Positions 1 to 8,568 of a stretch of 64,000 nt of DNA are shown one piece after another; positions within the stretch are counted from its first letter, which is position 1; each line of letters opens with the position of its first letter. Origin of the DNA: Candidatus Woesearchaeota archaeon (GTDB lineage Archaea; Nanobdellota; Nanobdellia; Woesearchaeales; SKIA01). The stretch is from positions 64,001-128,000 of the forward strand of contig JBJKRI010000006.1 of NCBI GenBank assembly GCA_046704725.1, in the 5' to 3' direction. Under the pieces are notes generated by a model, which was not told the origin of the DNA, searched no databases, and saw only the letters and a list, made by a program, of their open reading frames with translations. A program made the translations under genes and the position numbers.

Positions 1-48
1 GGACGGGGAAATGCAAAATGCCTTAAACCAGGGGCTCGGCGGGATTGT

Positions 49-669
49 ATGGAACTCGCTGACTGGCTGTCGCCGACCGTGCTCGAAGCCGATTTTCTCG
101 AGCGCGAGCGGGAGCGATATGCTGCGGCTGAGCCGTTCCCCCACGCGAACATCCAACAAGTCCTGCGCGACGATCGACTGCATGAGCTCGAGGACGCCCT
201 CGCGACACAGGAGTTCGTCCACAAGGAGTCCGACCTGTTCAGCTTCGCGCAGACCGACGACCTGGGAGGGATGGAGCAGCCGGTGCTCAAGGAGTTCGTA
301 TCCTTCCTCAACAGCGAGGAGTTCCGCTACTGGATTGCGCAGCTCACAGGCGTGTCCACGACGCCGGGGAGGCTCGATTGCTTCGGGGCGATCTACCAGG
401 ACACGGACTACCTATTGTGCCACGACGACCGACTCGCCGACAGGAAGGTCGCGTTCATCATCTATCTCACGACGCTCGAGGACGAGGAAGGCGGGGCGCT
501 CGCATTGTTCACCGACAACGACGGTCATCCGGGCACGCGCGTGACGGCGTACCCGCCCGTGCGCAACAGCATGTCATTGTTCACGGTGTCGGACAAGAGC
601 TGGCACGAGGTCGAGGAGGTCACAGAAGAGACCTATCGCGTGACCGTCGGGGGGTGGCTTTGTGGATAG
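49..669 (+). CDS. 2OG-Fe(II) oxygenase, OGFOD1/Tpa1 catalytic (N-terminal) domain-like prolyl hydroxylase
   Basis: DYLLCHDD (HxD), RKVAFIIYL, GGALALF, SWHEVEEV (distal His), RVTVGGW (2OG-binding Arg); TTAAA box ~25 bp upstream. Confidence 0.9.
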   Translation: MELADWLSPTVLEADFLERERERYAAAEPFPHANIQQVLRDDRLHELEDALATQEFVHKESDLFSFAQTDDLGGMEQPVLKEFVSFLNSEEFRYWIAQLTGVSTTPGRLDCFGAIYQDTDYLLCHDDRLADRKVAFIIYLTTLEDEEGGALALFTDNDGHPGTRVTAYPPVRNSMSLFTVSDKSWHEVEEVTEETYRVTVGGWLCG

Positions 670-1210
670 CATCAACCCTGCGTATCGCGGACAAGAAAAA
701 GCCGTGGGGGAGCAGCTCTCGCAGGGCTACGTGCTCTTGGACGATGCGCTCTTGCGGGAAGCGCGGGACTCTCTGAATGAAGCGCTCGAGGATGCGCAGT
801 GGACTGCGCAGTACTCGCCCGACCTGCATCGCTACGAGGAGACGGACCCATCTGTCGCCAATGACATCGTCGAGCAATTGCTCGCGTACTTCTCGCGGGC
901 GATCGGCGAGAAAAACGTGCTCGACGTCAAGGTACGCCGATATTCTGTGGGCAGCTACACCTTGCAGCACGACGAGCAAAAACCGGCGGGCCTCCACGTG
1001 ACGCTGTTCTTGTGCGACGGCTGGGAAGCGGGGTATCGCGGGGAGCACACCTTCGTGCCTGAGAAGGGCGATCCCTTGTTGGTGCTGCCCAAGGACGGCT
1101 CTGTGATCGCGGTGAGTGTGCCCGAGGGCACGCGCCGCTTCGTCAAGCGCGTCACGCACCTCGCAGGGGAGGATGAATACGTCTCCGTCGAGTTCGTGTT
1201 GACGGACTGA
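662..1210 (+). CDS. OGFOD1/Ofd1 C-terminal domain-like protein (degenerate 2OG oxygenase fold)
   Basis: INPAY, RRYSVGSYTLQHD, LFLCDGWEAGYRG and TRRFVKRVTH match the OGFOD1 C-terminal domain pattern; distal His absent; GTG start overlaps upstream stop, GGGGTG SD-like motif before it. Confidence 0.75.
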   Translation: MDSINPAYRGQEKAVGEQLSQGYVLLDDALLREARDSLNEALEDAQWTAQYSPDLHRYEETDPSVANDIVEQLLAYFSRAIGEKNVLDVKVRRYSVGSYTLQHDEQKPAGLHVTLFLCDGWEAGYRGEHTFVPEKGDPLLVLPKDGSVIAVSVPEGTRRFVKRVTHLAGEDEYVSVEFVLTD

Positions 1211-1218
1211 CCGCTGCG

Positions 1219-1226
1219 TTTATAAA
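1219..1226 (+). promoter_or_regulatory. archaeal TATA box for SET gene
   Basis: TTTATAAA ~25-30 bp before ATG 1249. Confidence 0.6.
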
Positions 1227-1248
1227 CAGGATATTTTCCCCAACAGGC

Positions 1249-1665
1249 ATGGATGCACTGCGCGCTGCTAAATCACCCATCGCGGGGACCGGCTGCTTCG
1301 CTAACAAGTCCTTCAAGAAAGGACAGGTCGTTGGGGAGTACACCGGAGAGATCATCGACGACGACGAGGCCGACAGCCGCTACGGCGACGAGGAGATGAC
1401 CTACCTATTCGACATCGGTCGCGGACGCTACATCGACGGGGACACGGACGACAATCCCGTCAAGTACATCAACCACTCGTGCGACCCGAACTGCGAGTCG
1501 GAGCAGGACGGCAAGCGCATCTTCATCGTCGCGCTGCGCGATATCAAGAAGGGAGAGGAGCTCACCTACGACTACCACCTCCAGGTCGAGGAGGACGACG
1601 AGGACCCCTACACCTGCCGCTGCGGCGCCAGGGAGTGCCGGGGCACGATGCGCGCGGCGAGCTAG
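1249..1665 (+). CDS. SET-domain lysine methyltransferase with post-SET motif
   Basis: GTGCFA, GEYTGEII, YINHSCDPNC, ELTYDY, CRCGARECRG. Confidence 0.93.
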   Translation: MDALRAAKSPIAGTGCFANKSFKKGQVVGEYTGEIIDDDEADSRYGDEEMTYLFDIGRGRYIDGDTDDNPVKYINHSCDPNCESEQDGKRIFIVALRDIKKGEELTYDYHLQVEEDDEDPYTCRCGARECRGTMRAAS

Positions 1666-1755
1666 CCGTACACGCAGACAGCCACGCGAACAGTTACCTC
1701 TCTACAGTGGGTATTAATGCAATAGTATTTAAGTCAGAACCGTTTCGCGGGCACC

Positions 1756-2532
1756 ATGCGCTGGACGGATGAGTACCTCAGAGAGCTTGTCAAGCGAAAG
1801 GAAGAGAACGAGAACGCGAGCGACATCGCGCGTGCGCTCCAGAAGATATCCGGTGAGCATTGCAGCGTGTCCTCGGTGAACTCCCGTTATTCTGTGCTTC
1901 GTCACAAGGAACACGAGCTGTACCAGAAGCTGCTCAGCACGGTCCAGGAGTCGCAATACCAGGATCCGCTCGCGCAGCGGCTCGCGCAATTCGAACGTCA
2001 ACAACTGCTGCCGTTCCTAGAGGAGCGCAACCAGATCATCAAAGGAGAGCTCAGGCGTCAGGCAGAAGCGCTACGCAACATCGACACGTACGAGCGTTTC
2101 CGAGGCATGAGCTTCGAGGATCTCCAAAAGCTCGAAGACAACGTCCGCCAAGAGGCGATCACGCTCCTGAGCAACGGAAAGAGCGTACAGGACGTCCAGC
2201 ATCTGGACCTCATCCTCACGACCGAGGACGAAGGGAGAATGGATGATATCGCCGTCACGCTCCCATTGTTCGTCCTCGACGGCAGGGTGGTGGAGCGCGG
2301 AGTACGCTTCGCGCTCAACGCGAGCGTGGTGCATGCTGTCCGGAAAGCAGGGTATGGCGGCCAAGCCACTCGAGAAGGGGAGCTCACGAAATACAGGTTC
2401 ACCGGAGGCTCGTTGGATCCCGGCGATTTCGCCACGCAGGTCACGTCCGCGCTGCACCGCGTGTACAAGCCGATGCAAGGAGTCCACGTACACATCGAAT
2501 CACCGAACGTCATCCGCCTGCACGGAAAATGA
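1756..2532 (+). CDS. hypothetical protein with N-terminal Myb/SANT/GcrA-like helix-turn-helix and coiled coil
   Basis: WTDE..L...SDIARAL...G...SVSSVNSRY pattern; TTTAA box upstream; overlaps next gene (ATGA). Confidence 0.6.
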   Translation: MRWTDEYLRELVKRKEENENASDIARALQKISGEHCSVSSVNSRYSVLRHKEHELYQKLLSTVQESQYQDPLAQRLAQFERQQLLPFLEERNQIIKGELRRQAEALRNIDTYERFRGMSFEDLQKLEDNVRQEAITLLSNGKSVQDVQHLDLILTTEDEGRMDDIAVTLPLFVLDGRVVERGVRFALNASVVHAVRKAGYGGQATREGELTKYRFTGGSLDPGDFATQVTSALHRVYKPMQGVHVHIESPNVIRLHGK

Positions 2533-4277
2533 GACCCGAAGAGCTGAGCGTCACGGAATTCATGGAATATTGCCTCCGAGAGGGCATTCCTCCCATAGAG
2601 ACGCTCTCGAGGGATACCCTCAGTTCGAAAACGACGCCCTCGACCGAGACGGCTGAGGACGCACCCACGATCAAAGAACTTGTCGTACGCACGCTCGACG
2701 AGGTACGTACGTCAGGGAAATCAATCACGCTGGACACGCTGTGCGACCTCATCGCGGTCGATATGCAGAAAGCCCCTGCCCCGGACAGCAACACACCCCT
2801 CAAGGGACTGGTGGCAGACGCGCTCTACGAATACGCGAGCGAAGCGAAGACTGCAGGCCTTCACGAACGGACGGCGAAGAGGAACCAATTGCAGAACCCG
2901 GTGGCCGCCGAGGAGCTGGAGGGACTACTCCACGTGCGTATCGACGACCTGGGAGCGCGTCGTATCGTCGGTGAGCTTTCTGCACAAGTCATCCAGGAGG
3001 CATACCCCATCCATGACGGGAAGTTCCAGGACGAGGACGGGAACAGCTACAACATCGAAGGAGCCATCAATTGGGACCGCGCAGGCAAGCGCACGGCGCG
3101 CGAGCGGTTGGTCGCCTATGCGGAACAAGACGTGCTCGCGCCTCTGCAGGAGGAACACGCCCAGAGGATCGCTGAACTCGAGAAGCAGCGAGAGAAGCTC
3201 AAGGAACGAGCGTCGATCCCCCGGAAGAACAATCATACGATAATCTTGAGCGGCGAGCGGGGACCGCTGATGACCCTCGACCATCGATTCGTGAAAGGCT
3301 TCTTGTACGAGCAGAACACCGAGGGCATAACCATCGACCCGTCCATCAACGAGCGACGAATCGAGGTGGAATGCGAGACCGAAACGGATCGCCAGAGGTT
3401 CCTCGCTATGTGGGAGGAGTTCTCGGGCAGGAACAATTTCTGCCAGGCGATCTCTATGTCCTCACGTACCGAAGGGCATGGGAATCGACGCAAACGCCTG
3501 CTGAACAATGTACAGCTGATCGAGGAACAGCTCAAGATATTCCGTACCGAGACGATCGACATCGAATATTGCGGGCTCGAAGGACCCCACTTCGCGAGCT
3601 ATCTCTCGTTGCGTGATGCCGCGGCAAGACGGGGGATCGGCATCCACACAACGGCCGTGGAGTATGATCGTCGACTCGCGAACATCATGGAGAGCATCGT
3701 CGAGACGAATCCGGATGGACTTTTCAGCGACGTCGACGTGCTCTGGGGGAACATAGACAAATACCTGCTCGCCGACCGTCTCTTGCCAGAATCGCTCCAT
3801 CTCTCGGGGCGGGCAGGCGACTACACCGTCATGAGCGGGAACGACAGCATCCGGCTACAGAGGCTCTATGACCTGGCGGACGGCGAGAGCCTCAGCACAC
3901 AGCACGCGAGCGCGAGCTTCGGCGTCTCGCCGGCGTTCGTGGAGATGGTGCGTGAACGGTCGACCAGACCGTTCGACATTCTCTTCCTCGATTACATCGG
4001 GCCGTTCTCGAGGAAACGCCTGCAAACGCTGGAGACCGTGATGCAACGTCACGTCAACGACAGGGCTGTTATCGGCGCGACCTACAATGCCGCGAAAGCG
4101 AAGAACCCGCTCCAGATCGACGAGTGGTCCGCCCGCATGCTCGAGCACGTCTGGCAACTGGCGGAGAAGAACGAACTCGAGATACAGAATATCGACTCCC
4201 ACGAATATCAGGACGGATGGGCTCCGATGTTCTTCCTCGTCTATTCCCTCCGCAGGAAGAAGGGCGATCAGTCCTGA
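2529..4277 (+). CDS. hypothetical protein with C-terminal class I SAM-methyltransferase-like fold
   Basis: 582-aa ORF; YCGLEGP, AVEYD, VLWGNI, FDILFLDYIG and VIGATYN follow Rossmann MTase strand order. Confidence 0.55.
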   Translation: MRPEELSVTEFMEYCLREGIPPIETLSRDTLSSKTTPSTETAEDAPTIKELVVRTLDEVRTSGKSITLDTLCDLIAVDMQKAPAPDSNTPLKGLVADALYEYASEAKTAGLHERTAKRNQLQNPVAAEELEGLLHVRIDDLGARRIVGELSAQVIQEAYPIHDGKFQDEDGNSYNIEGAINWDRAGKRTARERLVAYAEQDVLAPLQEEHAQRIAELEKQREKLKERASIPRKNNHTIILSGERGPLMTLDHRFVKGFLYEQNTEGITIDPSINERRIEVECETETDRQRFLAMWEEFSGRNNFCQAISMSSRTEGHGNRRKRLLNNVQLIEEQLKIFRTETIDIEYCGLEGPHFASYLSLRDAAARRGIGIHTTAVEYDRRLANIMESIVETNPDGLFSDVDVLWGNIDKYLLADRLLPESLHLSGRAGDYTVMSGNDSIRLQRLYDLADGESLSTQHASASFGVSPAFVEMVRERSTRPFDILFLDYIGPFSRKRLQTLETVMQRHVNDRAVIGATYNAAKAKNPLQIDEWSARMLEHVWQLAEKNELEIQNIDSHEYQDGWAPMFFLVYSLRRKKGDQS

Positions 4278-4744
4278 TCGTACGTGCCGCGGGTCACGTT
4301 CGCGATGAACGCTGCCACAGAACGCTTCGGGATGCCTCGCAGCTCCCGGTCGGAATAGATGTGCGAGTAATCGGGTTTGCTCGCATCGTAGGGGGTTCCC
4401 TGTTCATAGAGCTCGATAATCCGCTCACGCACCCAATCAGGATGGTCGCGGGCCGGATGGTTGCCGCTACGCGGTCGATGGTTCTTGTGCACTCCCGCAT
4501 CGGCGAGGCCTTCCTCCTCCAGGAGATACGCAAGACGCTTCCGACCTTCCGGCGAAAGCCGTTCGGGAAGCACGCTCACCACGCCTGAGCTCCCGCCGTA
4601 CGCTGCGAGGGCCTGATCCGTTTTGCGGGTGCCCACCGCTCGCTCGCCACGGAGCTGGGCCTTCGTGATCCCGAGCGACGAGGTGATCGCGCTGTCGCTG
4701 CGTCCTTCAAGGTCCATCCGCATGACGTCTTGCCACCGTGCCAT
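4268..4744 (-). CDS. hypothetical protein, possible HTH DNA-binding protein
   Basis: ATG 4744 with TTATATA box upstream; GRSDSAITSSLGITKAQL is HTH-like. Confidence 0.55.
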   Translation of the reverse strand: MARWQDVMRMDLEGRSDSAITSSLGITKAQLRGERAVGTRKTDQALAAYGGSSGVVSVLPERLSPEGRKRLAYLLEEEGLADAGVHKNHRPRSGNHPARDHPDWVRERIIELYEQGTPYDASKPDYSHIYSDRELRGIPKRSVAAFIANVTRGTYDQD

Positions 4745-4794
4745 CCAATAGGTGAGGAGATATCCATATATAAGTACTACTGTCAAATAGGTAC

Positions 4795-5442
4795 TTATTT
4801 GCGCTTCCTTGTGGCCGCAGGCAACCACGCCCGGCACAAGCGCAGCAATTCATCCGTGTCCGAGGCGATCATGGACGGACGCGCTTCCAAGAGCAGTTCG
4901 GCGTCCTGCATCCCCCAGGTGACCGCGCAGCTCGCGATATGGGCGCGGCGCGCGGCATGGATGTCACGCGTCTCATCGCAGACATAGAGCATCCGGTCGG
5001 GACGCAGCTTCCTGTCCCTGAGAAGGCGCTTGAACGTGCGGTTCTTGGTGAAGAAGCCCCCGTGCAGGACCTCGACGAAGAGCGAGCGCAAGCGTGCCTT
5101 CTTGAGGACGCGTTCGATGAGCTCGACGTGGTTGCTGCTCACGACCGCGAGGTCAGCGCGCTTTTCAAGGCGACGCAGCGCCGCTGGAATGCCTTTGTGG
5201 AATGCGACATGCGACTCGTTATCGCCGAAAGCAGCACGCCATTCACTCAGCAGGCCGGGCGCGCGCCAGAACGGGACGCCCAGCTCCTTGAGGAGCTTTC
5301 GCGTGGAGAGCGTGCGGACAGCCTTGGCCTCGGCCATGCCGCGATAGCCGTGGCGCTTGGCCACGTCGTTGAGCGCGTCGATGAGGGCGTCGACGCTGTC
5401 GGCGAGGGTGCCGTCGAAGTCGAAGACGATCAATGGACGCAT
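4795..5442 (-). CDS. HAD-superfamily hydrolase (phosphoglycolate phosphatase-like)
   Basis: VFDFDGTLADS, VVSSN, YVCDETRDI; start placed at ATG 5442. Confidence 0.9.
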   Translation of the reverse strand: MRPLIVFDFDGTLADSVDALIDALNDVAKRHGYRGMAEAKAVRTLSTRKLLKELGVPFWRAPGLLSEWRAAFGDNESHVAFHKGIPAALRRLEKRADLAVVSSNHVELIERVLKKARLRSLFVEVLHGGFFTKNRTFKRLLRDRKLRPDRMLYVCDETRDIHAARRAHIASCAVTWGMQDAELLLEARPSMIASDTDELLRLCRAWLPAATRKRK

Positions 5443-5462
5443 GGCTTGTCCTGAAAGAATGG

Positions 5463-5471
5463 TTTTATAAA
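5463..5471. promoter_or_regulatory. putative shared bidirectional TATA box (HAD / ZIP)
   Basis: TTTTATAAA midway between divergent starts 5442 and 5494. Confidence 0.55.
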
Positions 5472-5493
5472 CGCGCGTGTTCGGCGAGAAAGG

Positions 5494-6282
5494 ATGGCGG
5501 TCTGGCTGTGGACGATGGGAGCGGTGGTCTTCGTGAGCCTGCTCAGCCTGCTCGGCATCATCACGCTCACGCTGCGGCAGGACCTGCTCCAGCAGGCACT
5601 GCTCGTGCTCGTCGCCTTGTCCGCAGGGGCATTGTTCGGCGACGCCTTCTTGCACCTGCTCCCGGAGCAGGCGAAGAGCCTGGGCTTCACCGTCGAGAGC
5701 GGCTTTCTCGTATTGCTGGGCGTGGTCGTTTTCTTCGCGATCGAGCGCTACATGCACTGGCACCACTGCCACAGCTCGCTGCACCTGTGCGACGACCCCC
5801 ACGACAAGGCCAAAGAGCACGCGGACCACATCACAGTCAAGCCACTGGGCTGGACAGTGCTGGCAGGGGACAGCCTGCACAACTTCGTGGACGGAGCGGT
5901 CATCGCAGCGAGCTTTCTCGTGTCGAACTTCCTCGGGCTGACGACGACGCTCGCCGTCGTCTTCCACGAGATTCCCCAGGAGATCGCGCACTTCGGCGTG
6001 CTCCTGCACAGCGGCTTCACCGCCAGGCAAGGATTGTTCTTCAACTTCCTGTCGGCATTGACGGCGGTGCTTGGCGGGGTCATCACACTTGTCGTCGGAG
6101 GTGCCTTGACATCATTGACAGCGGGCATGATCCCTTTCACGATAGGCGGTTTCGTCTACGTCGCGGCGGCCGACCTGATACCCGAGCTCAAGCACGAGGA
6201 CAATACGGGCCGCTCGCTCCTCCATTTCGGGGCGTTCCTCGGCGGCATCGGCATCATGGCCGCATTGCTGCTGGTGGCCTAG
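5494..6282 (+). CDS. ZIP-family metal (zinc) transporter
   Basis: AFLHLLPE, His-rich loop, DSLHNFVDG, HEIPQE, DLIPEL. Confidence 0.95.
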   Translation: MAVWLWTMGAVVFVSLLSLLGIITLTLRQDLLQQALLVLVALSAGALFGDAFLHLLPEQAKSLGFTVESGFLVLLGVVVFFAIERYMHWHHCHSSLHLCDDPHDKAKEHADHITVKPLGWTVLAGDSLHNFVDGAVIAASFLVSNFLGLTTTLAVVFHEIPQEIAHFGVLLHSGFTARQGLFFNFLSALTAVLGGVITLVVGGALTSLTAGMIPFTIGGFVYVAAADLIPELKHEDNTGRSLLHFGAFLGGIGIMAALLLVA

Positions 6283-7184
6283 GGTTTTATCGCGACGACC
6301 TTGTCATACGCGAGCGGTCCGGAGAACGCTTCCGCCATCAGATACCCTGAGATGCCCGTTCTGATGGTCTCCTCTGAGAGCAGCACACGCACGAGGCGGA
6401 CCAGGAACGGATACCTGAACCCCAGCGCGGCCAATCTCCGCCAGCGGAGCGCCTCGGGCATGATTGCATCGGTCAAATCAGTGCGCTGCACGGAAAAGCC
6501 CTCCGCACGCAACAGAGCATCAGTCCGCACGCGCGGCTTGAACTGGACGACAGCCATCCCGTGCTCTGTGAGCCCAAGAACAGAGACCTCCTTCCGATTG
6601 CGCGGCTCTCGTCTCCGGAAACCATCGAACATGACGAAACGACCGCCAGGGTGCAACGCCGAGAACACGAGTTCGTACACGTGCTCCGGTCTTTCGGAAT
6701 AGTCCAGTGTCTCCACCGCGAAGACGATGTCGCAACGCGGAAGCGTCTTCAGACGATCATAGTTCGCTTTCCTGAGCCGTACGTTAGCGAACCGTCGCAA
6801 GCGCTTGGACGCGACACGGAGATTCTTCGCCGAGAGGTCGATGCCGATGAAACGGACGCGCGGGAATCGCTGCGCGAGATACGCGAGGTTGTACCCGTTC
6901 CCGCAGCCGAGCTCAACGACGACACGGTCCGATGGACGGATAAGGTCGGCGACCGTCCGCGGTTGCATCGTGAAATCACGCATGCCACCCTCTCGAGTGG
7001 CAAGATGTATCGCTGTCCGGTCGTTGAACAACCGCCAGGCCTGACTCGTGCGCTGATAGTACGAATCTACGTCCGATGAGGTCAGGCGTTCCGTCTCGAT
7101 GGCAGAGAGGTCGAAATATCGTTCGAGAAGCGCTAATGAGGGTCCTGCCACCCTGCTTTCGGCATTCCGCCCGCTTAAAAACAT
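6279..7184 (-). CDS. class I SAM-dependent methyltransferase (small-molecule/lipid type)
   Basis: VVELGCGNG, GIDLS, DIVFAVETLDY, LHPGGRFVMFD; exact start uncertain. Confidence 0.85.
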   Translation of the reverse strand: MFLSGRNAESRVAGPSLALLERYFDLSAIETERLTSSDVDSYYQRTSQAWRLFNDRTAIHLATREGGMRDFTMQPRTVADLIRPSDRVVVELGCGNGYNLAYLAQRFPRVRFIGIDLSAKNLRVASKRLRRFANVRLRKANYDRLKTLPRCDIVFAVETLDYSERPEHVYELVFSALHPGGRFVMFDGFRRREPRNRKEVSVLGLTEHGMAVVQFKPRVRTDALLRAEGFSVQRTDLTDAIMPEALRWRRLAALGFRYPFLVRLVRVLLSEETIRTGISGYLMAEAFSGPLAYDKVVAIKP

Positions 7185-7248
7185 TCTTCCACGGCCCTAC
7201 CGTGAAGGCAGCATAATCCTTATAAAACACATCCCTTGCCTCGACACG

Positions 7249-7716
7249 ATGGACGTCATCTCTCACGGACTGTGGAGCTACCTCATCTGGCGCGCGGCCC
7301 CGCTCACCGGACTGGCCGTCGCGCTGGGCATGATGCCTGACGTGGTGGCGCACGCCCCGCGCACCGTCAGCAACGTTGTCAGCGGGCGCAAGGGATACTC
7401 CGGGCTCACGACGCACAAGGACCTGCCCAAGACCATACAGGCCTACGAGAAATACGCTTTCCCTGCGATGCACAGCCTCATCCTGAGCAGCCTGTTCGCG
7501 GGACTCATGTTCATCGTCTTCAAGACGCCGTGGTGGGCCTTGGCGTGGCCCGTGCACGTGCTCATCGACATCCCGACGCATCCAAAGCGATTCGCCACGC
7601 CCTTCCTGTGGCCCGTCTCCGACTTCAAGGTGAGCAGCTTCTACTGGGAGTCAAAGCCATTCATGGCCGTGAACATCCTCGCGCTCATCATCGCCTACGT
7701 GCACTGGGTGTTCTAG
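7249..7716 (+). CDS. membrane metal-dependent hydrolase (YdjM-like), paralog 1
   Basis: SHGL, GMMPD, MHSL, HVLIDIPTH, PFLWP; TATA at ~7220. Confidence 0.7.
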   Translation: MDVISHGLWSYLIWRAAPLTGLAVALGMMPDVVAHAPRTVSNVVSGRKGYSGLTTHKDLPKTIQAYEKYAFPAMHSLILSSLFAGLMFIVFKTPWWALAWPVHVLIDIPTHPKRFATPFLWPVSDFKVSSFYWESKPFMAVNILALIIAYVHWVF

Positions 7717-8190
7717 ATGGACGATTTCTCCCACCTCGCATGGTCGTTCCTCGTCTTCCACTGGACCGGACAAGTACTGCTCGCCATGCTGTTCGGCGTA
7801 TTGCCCGACCTCATCGCTTTCGTGCCCATGTTCTTCTACCAGATCGGGCATCCGCGCAAGGAGAAGGACTTCCTGAAGGCGTACAAGACGATACCCAAGG
7901 GATTGCGGGACTACGCGGAAGGGGCGTACAAGGTCACGCACAACATCTTCGCGTTGCTGGCGATGGTCTTGCTCGGCATCCTCCTCGGCTGGTGGTGGGC
8001 ATTGGCGTGGATCCTGCACGTGCTCATGGACATCCCCACACACAGCAAGGAATTCTACCCGACGCCGATATTCTGGCCGCTCTCCGACTGGTCCATCGAC
8101 GGCATCCCCTGGAGCGACAAGCGCGTCATGATACCCAACGTCATCTTGCTTCTCGCGGGCTTCGCGCTGTACTTCGCGCACGTGCTGTGA
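7717..8190 (+). CDS. membrane metal-dependent hydrolase (YdjM-like), paralog 2
   Basis: SHLA, GVLPD, THN, HVLMDIPTH, PIFWP; abuts paralog 1. Confidence 0.7.
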   Translation: MDDFSHLAWSFLVFHWTGQVLLAMLFGVLPDLIAFVPMFFYQIGHPRKEKDFLKAYKTIPKGLRDYAEGAYKVTHNIFALLAMVLLGILLGWWWALAWILHVLMDIPTHSKEFYPTPIFWPLSDWSIDGIPWSDKRVMIPNVILLLAGFALYFAHVL

Positions 8191-8229
8191 GGCCAGTAAC
8201 TACATAAAGCGGGTCGCGTACCCAAGCGA

Positions 8230-8568
8230 ATGGGCCATCGTTTCTCGCACAGACCGCGGAAAAGCATCGACTTCACCGTCGAGCTCGATGCATCGCCACC
8301 GCGGCTATCCAGAGAGCAACAAGAGGATCTGCTGAAAACATTCCCCGAAGGATTCCACCAGTGGAGCCTGAACGGGATACTGCAAGGAATCGTGTATCAG
8401 CACAATCGTCTCGAGCAGGGGAGCGTCACTCTGGGCATGAACCAAGGCACATATTGCTATGTCGGGACGGGAATGAATGCGCGCGAGCAGAAGCGCTTCC
8501 GCGAATTGCTCGAGGCGTACCTCGCGCTTCCGAGCGAGTATGCCGCGCCAGTCGAGAAGGCTTCCTAG
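8230..8568 (+). CDS. hypothetical protein
   Basis: 112-aa ORF filling the gap, ATAAA box upstream; no motif recognised. Confidence 0.5.
   Translation: MGHRFSHRPRKSIDFTVELDASPPRLSREQQEDLLKTFPEGFHQWSLNGILQGIVYQHNRLEQGSVTLGMNQGTYCYVGTGMNAREQKRFRELLEAYLALPSEYAAPVEKAS

Noticed and set aside
640-675. Sequencing frameshift in the G6 run splitting one OGFOD1 gene
   Set aside because: The conserved GGW motif continues in frame past the run, ORF2 has its own GTG with an SD-like motif, and there is no room for an interdomain linker; read-level confirmation is still advisable.
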